Assembly: GCF_000585395.1 (NCBI RefSeq)
Contig: NZ_KK073875.1
Location: forward strand, 1,058,407 to 1,082,406
From: Saccharibacillus sacchari DSM 19268
GTDB lineage: Bacteria > Bacillota > Bacilli > Paenibacillales > Paenibacillaceae
Direction: 5' to 3'
Length of the DNA: 24,000 nt
The stretch's first letter is position 1; the number at the start of each line of letters is the position of its first letter. Below the pieces are notes generated by a model. It worked only from the letters and a program-made list of their open reading frames with translations, was not told the DNA's origin and searched no databases. The translations under genes were made by a program, and so were the position numbers. Below are positions 21,395-24,000 of the stretch, in pieces.

Positions 21395-23830
21395 ATGAAA
21401 TTCGGTTACTTCGACGACGCTAACAAGGAATACGTCATTCAAACGCCTAAAACGCCTTACCCGTGGATCAACTATCTGGGGAACGAGCAGTTCTTCGGCC
21501 TGATCTCCAACACGGCGGGCGGCTATTCGTTCTATCGCGATGCCCGACTGAGACGTCTCACCCGTTATCGGTATAATAATGTTCCGCTCGACAACGGCGG
21601 CCGTTACTTCTATGTGCATGACGAAGGCGATTACTGGACACCGGGCTGGATGCCGGTTAAGCGCGACCTCGACTTTTACGAATGCCGCCACGGTCTCGGT
21701 TATACGTCGATTACCGGCGAACGCAATGGCCTACGTGTCAATCAACTGGCTTTCGTCCCGCTCGGATTCAATGCCGAAGTGTATCGCGTAAAAGTCAGTA
21801 ACGTCAGCGATTCTCCGAAAAGGGTTTCGTTATTCTCCTATCTGGAATTCTGTCTGTGGAACGCGCACGACGACATGACTAACTTCCAACGCAATTTGAG
21901 CATCGGCGAAGTCGAGATCGAAGACTCCGTCATTTATCATAAAACGGAATACCGCGAGCGCCGCAACCATTACGCTTACTACTCCGTGAACCGCCGGATC
22001 GACGGCTTCGACACCGACCGCGATACGTTCCTCGGCGCGTTCAACGGACTGGATACGCCGCAGGTCGCTTCGGAAGGCAAGTCCGGCAACTCCGTCGCCA
22101 GCGGCTGGTCTCCGATCGCTTCGCACGGCATCAACCTGGAACTCGCTCCGGGCGAAGAACAGTCTCTCATCTTCATGCTCGGCTATGTCGAAAACCCGCA
22201 GGAAGAGAAATGGGAAAGCTTGAACGTAATCAACAAAAAGCCGGCCAAAGCGATGATCGAAGCCTTCGCGACGGATGCGCAGGTCGATTCCGCGTTAGCG
22301 GATCTGGCTGCTTATTGGGACGGACTGCTCGGCAAATATTCGATCCAAAGCAGCGACGACAAGCTCAGCCGCATGGTCAACATCTGGAATCCATATCAGT
22401 GCATGGTGACGTTCAATATGTCGCGTTCGGCGTCGTACTTCGAATCCGGCATCGGCCGGGGCATGGGCTTCCGCGACTCCAACCAGGATCTGCTCGGCTT
22501 CGTGCATCAGATTCCGGATCGCGCCCGCGAACGGATCATCGATATCGCCTCCACGCAATTCGATGACGGCGGCGCCTATCACCAATACCAACCGCTGACC
22601 AAGCAGGGCAACAACGAAGTCGGCAGCGGCTTCAACGACGATCCGCTGTGGCTGATTACCGGTACGGCCGCTTATATCAAAGAAACGGGCGATTACGGCA
22701 TCCTTGACGAGGACGTGCCGTTTGATAGCGGACGCCAAGGCAGCGCGACGTTGTTCGAGCACTTGAAACGTTCCTTCGATCACGTGACCAACAATCTCGG
22801 CCCGCATGGCCTGCCGTTGATCGGACGCGCCGACTGGAACGACTGTCTCAACCTGAACTGCTTCTCCAACGAACCGGGCGAATCGTTCCAGACGACCACG
22901 AACCTGGACGGCAAAACGGCAGAGTCCGTCTTCATCGCCGGATTGTTTGTATTCGCCGGACCGGACTACGCGGAACTTGCACGCAGACGCGGTCTGGAAG
23001 ACGAAGCAACGCGCGCCGAGCGCGAGATCGAGAACATGCGCAAAATCACCATCGAGCACGGATTCGACGGCGATTGGTTCCTGCGCGCTTATGACTACCA
23101 CGGCGAAAAGATCGGCAGTCATGAGAACGAGGAAGGCCAGATCTTTATCGAGCCGCAAGGCTTCTGCGTCATGGCCGGTATCGGCGTCGAAGAAGGACTG
23201 GCGGAAAAAGCACTCAATTCCGTCCGCGACCGTCTGGAAACGGATTACGGCATCATGCTCCAGCAGCCTGCATATTCGAAGTATTATCTGAACCTCGGCG
23301 AAATCTCCACGTACCCGCCGGGCTACAAAGAAAACGCGGGGATCTTCTGCCACAATAACCCGTGGGTAACGATTGCCGAGACGGTGATCGGACGCGGCGA
23401 CCGCGCGTTCGAGACGTACGCCAAGATCGCTCCGGCTTATCTGGAAGACATCAGCGAAGTACACCGCATGGAGCCTTACGTCTACTCGCAAATGATCGCG
23501 GGCAAAGACGCCGTGCGCGAAGGCGAAGCGAAAAACTCCTGGTTGACCGGCACGGCGGCCTGGAACTATGTCGCGATCACGCAGGCAATCCTCGGCATCC
23601 AGCCGGATTACGACGGTCTGCGTATCGATCCTTGTATCCCGCAAGCTTGGGACGGTTACAGCATTTCGCGTTCGTTCCGCGGGGCAGAGTATAAGATCGA
23701 GATCCGCAATCCGCATCACATCTCGAAAGGCGTGAAATCCGTGACCGTGGACGGGAAAGCGGTGGAAGGCAATGTGCTGCCGGTGTTCGAGGCGGGGACG
23801 AGCCATGAGGTTGTTGTGGAATTGGGTTAA
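21395..23830 (+). CDS. Cellobiose phosphorylase (glycoside hydrolase family 94)
   Basis: [73 protein letters not shown] is near-identical in pattern to characterised clostridial/Cellvibrio cellobiose phosphorylases as I remember them. Length is about 811 aa. GAGAGGAG lies 8 nt before ATG 21395. Chitobiose or cellodextrin specificity cannot be excluded. Confidence 0.9.
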   Translation: MKFGYFDDANKEYVIQTPKTPYPWINYLGNEQFFGLISNTAGGYSFYRDARLRRLTRYRYNNVPLDNGGRYFYVHDEGDYWTPGWMPVKRDLDFYECRHGLGYTSITGERNGLRVNQLAFVPLGFNAEVYRVKVSNVSDSPKRVSLFSYLEFCLWNAHDDMTNFQRNLSIGEVEIEDSVIYHKTEYRERRNHYAYYSVNRRIDGFDTDRDTFLGAFNGLDTPQVASEGKSGNSVASGWSPIASHGINLELAPGEEQSLIFMLGYVENPQEEKWESLNVINKKPAKAMIEAFATDAQVDSALADLAAYWDGLLGKYSIQSSDDKLSRMVNIWNPYQCMVTFNMSRSASYFESGIGRGMGFRDSNQDLLGFVHQIPDRARERIIDIASTQFDDGGAYHQYQPLTKQGNNEVGSGFNDDPLWLITGTAAYIKETGDYGILDEDVPFDSGRQGSATLFEHLKRSFDHVTNNLGPHGLPLIGRADWNDCLNLNCFSNEPGESFQTTTNLDGKTAESVFIAGLFVFAGPDYAELARRRGLEDEATRAEREIENMRKITIEHGFDGDWFLRAYDYHGEKIGSHENEEGQIFIEPQGFCVMAGIGVEEGLAEKALNSVRDRLETDYGIMLQQPAYSKYYLNLGEISTYPPGYKENAGIFCHNNPWVTIAETVIGRGDRAFETYAKIAPAYLEDISEVHRMEPYVYSQMIAGKDAVREGEAKNSWLTGTAAWNYVAITQAILGIQPDYDGLRIDPCIPQAWDGYSISRSFRGAEYKIEIRNPHHISKGVKSVTVDGKAVEGNVLPVFEAGTSHEVVVELG

Positions 23831-23852
23831 AAAATTCTTTAACAACGACGTT

Positions 23853-23884
23853 AGACTGCTGAATTTCTCGGCAGTCTTTTTTTG
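23853..23884 (+). terminator. Rho-independent terminator
   Basis: AGACTGC(23853-59)/GCAGTCT(23871-77) with an 11-nt loop, followed by T7. Confidence 0.75.
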
Positions 23885-24000
23885 TTCACAGAAAAACTCC
23901 GACAAAATATGCCGGAGTTACGTAAAAGTTCTTTAATTTTTTATAACTAATCAGCGTGTATTAAGAACTAAATCCACCCATTCTTCCAGCTTTTCTTTCT

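Noticed and set aside
22295-23905. 536-aa minus-strand ORF
   Set aside because: It is entirely antisense to the strongly supported GH94 cellobiose phosphorylase gene. Its Arg/Ala-rich low-complexity translation is typical of antisense frames in GC-rich coding DNA.
23951-24000. Possible 3' end of a minus-strand gene (...KEKLEEWVDLVLNTR-stop)
   Set aside because: Only 16 codons are visible at the window edge in AT-rich sequence, which is insufficient to support a CDS call.

Overview
This 24 kb window looks like a chromosomal segment from a Paenibacillus-like Bacillales genome. GC is mid-50s % by eye, ribosome binding sites are GGAGG-type, and SLH and copper-amine-oxidase-N 'stalk' domains are present. 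All calls come from reading the sequence and ORF track and from remembered family motifs; no searches were run.

Gene content, left to right:
- An ABC-ATPase N-terminal fragment.
- A secreted alkaline phosphatase.
- A translationally coupled SLH-protein plus 1142-aa secreted-protein operon.
- An NAD(P)-binding oxidoreductase.
- A DEDDh exonuclease-BRCT fusion coupled to a small membrane protein.
- A minus-strand RNA-repair / Ro-RNP cluster (described below).
- A divergent small membrane-anchored protein.
- Two overlapping WYL-domain regulator genes.
- A stalk-domain secreted protein, a DUF-like protein and a membrane protein.
- A GH94 cellobiose phosphorylase.

Most interesting region (about 9.6-18.6 kb): the minus-strand cluster runs YrlA-like Y RNA -> rsr (TROVE+vWA Ro60 orthologue) -> rtcB -> unknown 103-aa ORF -> kptA/tpt1 -> tatD, possibly followed by a P-loop NTPase. 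The unannotated Y RNA has a circularly permuted tRNA-like module that is readable directly in the sequence. No RtcR or RtcA is present; the tandem pair of WYL/WCX proteins sits next door and is a candidate sensor/regulator.

Second notable signal: a roughly 180-200 bp long-hairpin palindromic repeat occurs twice (193-369 and 21081-21284, in inverted orientation). The two copies differ by compensatory base changes that preserve pairing.

A sharp low-GC mosaic patch also spans the junction of the SLH and giant-protein genes.
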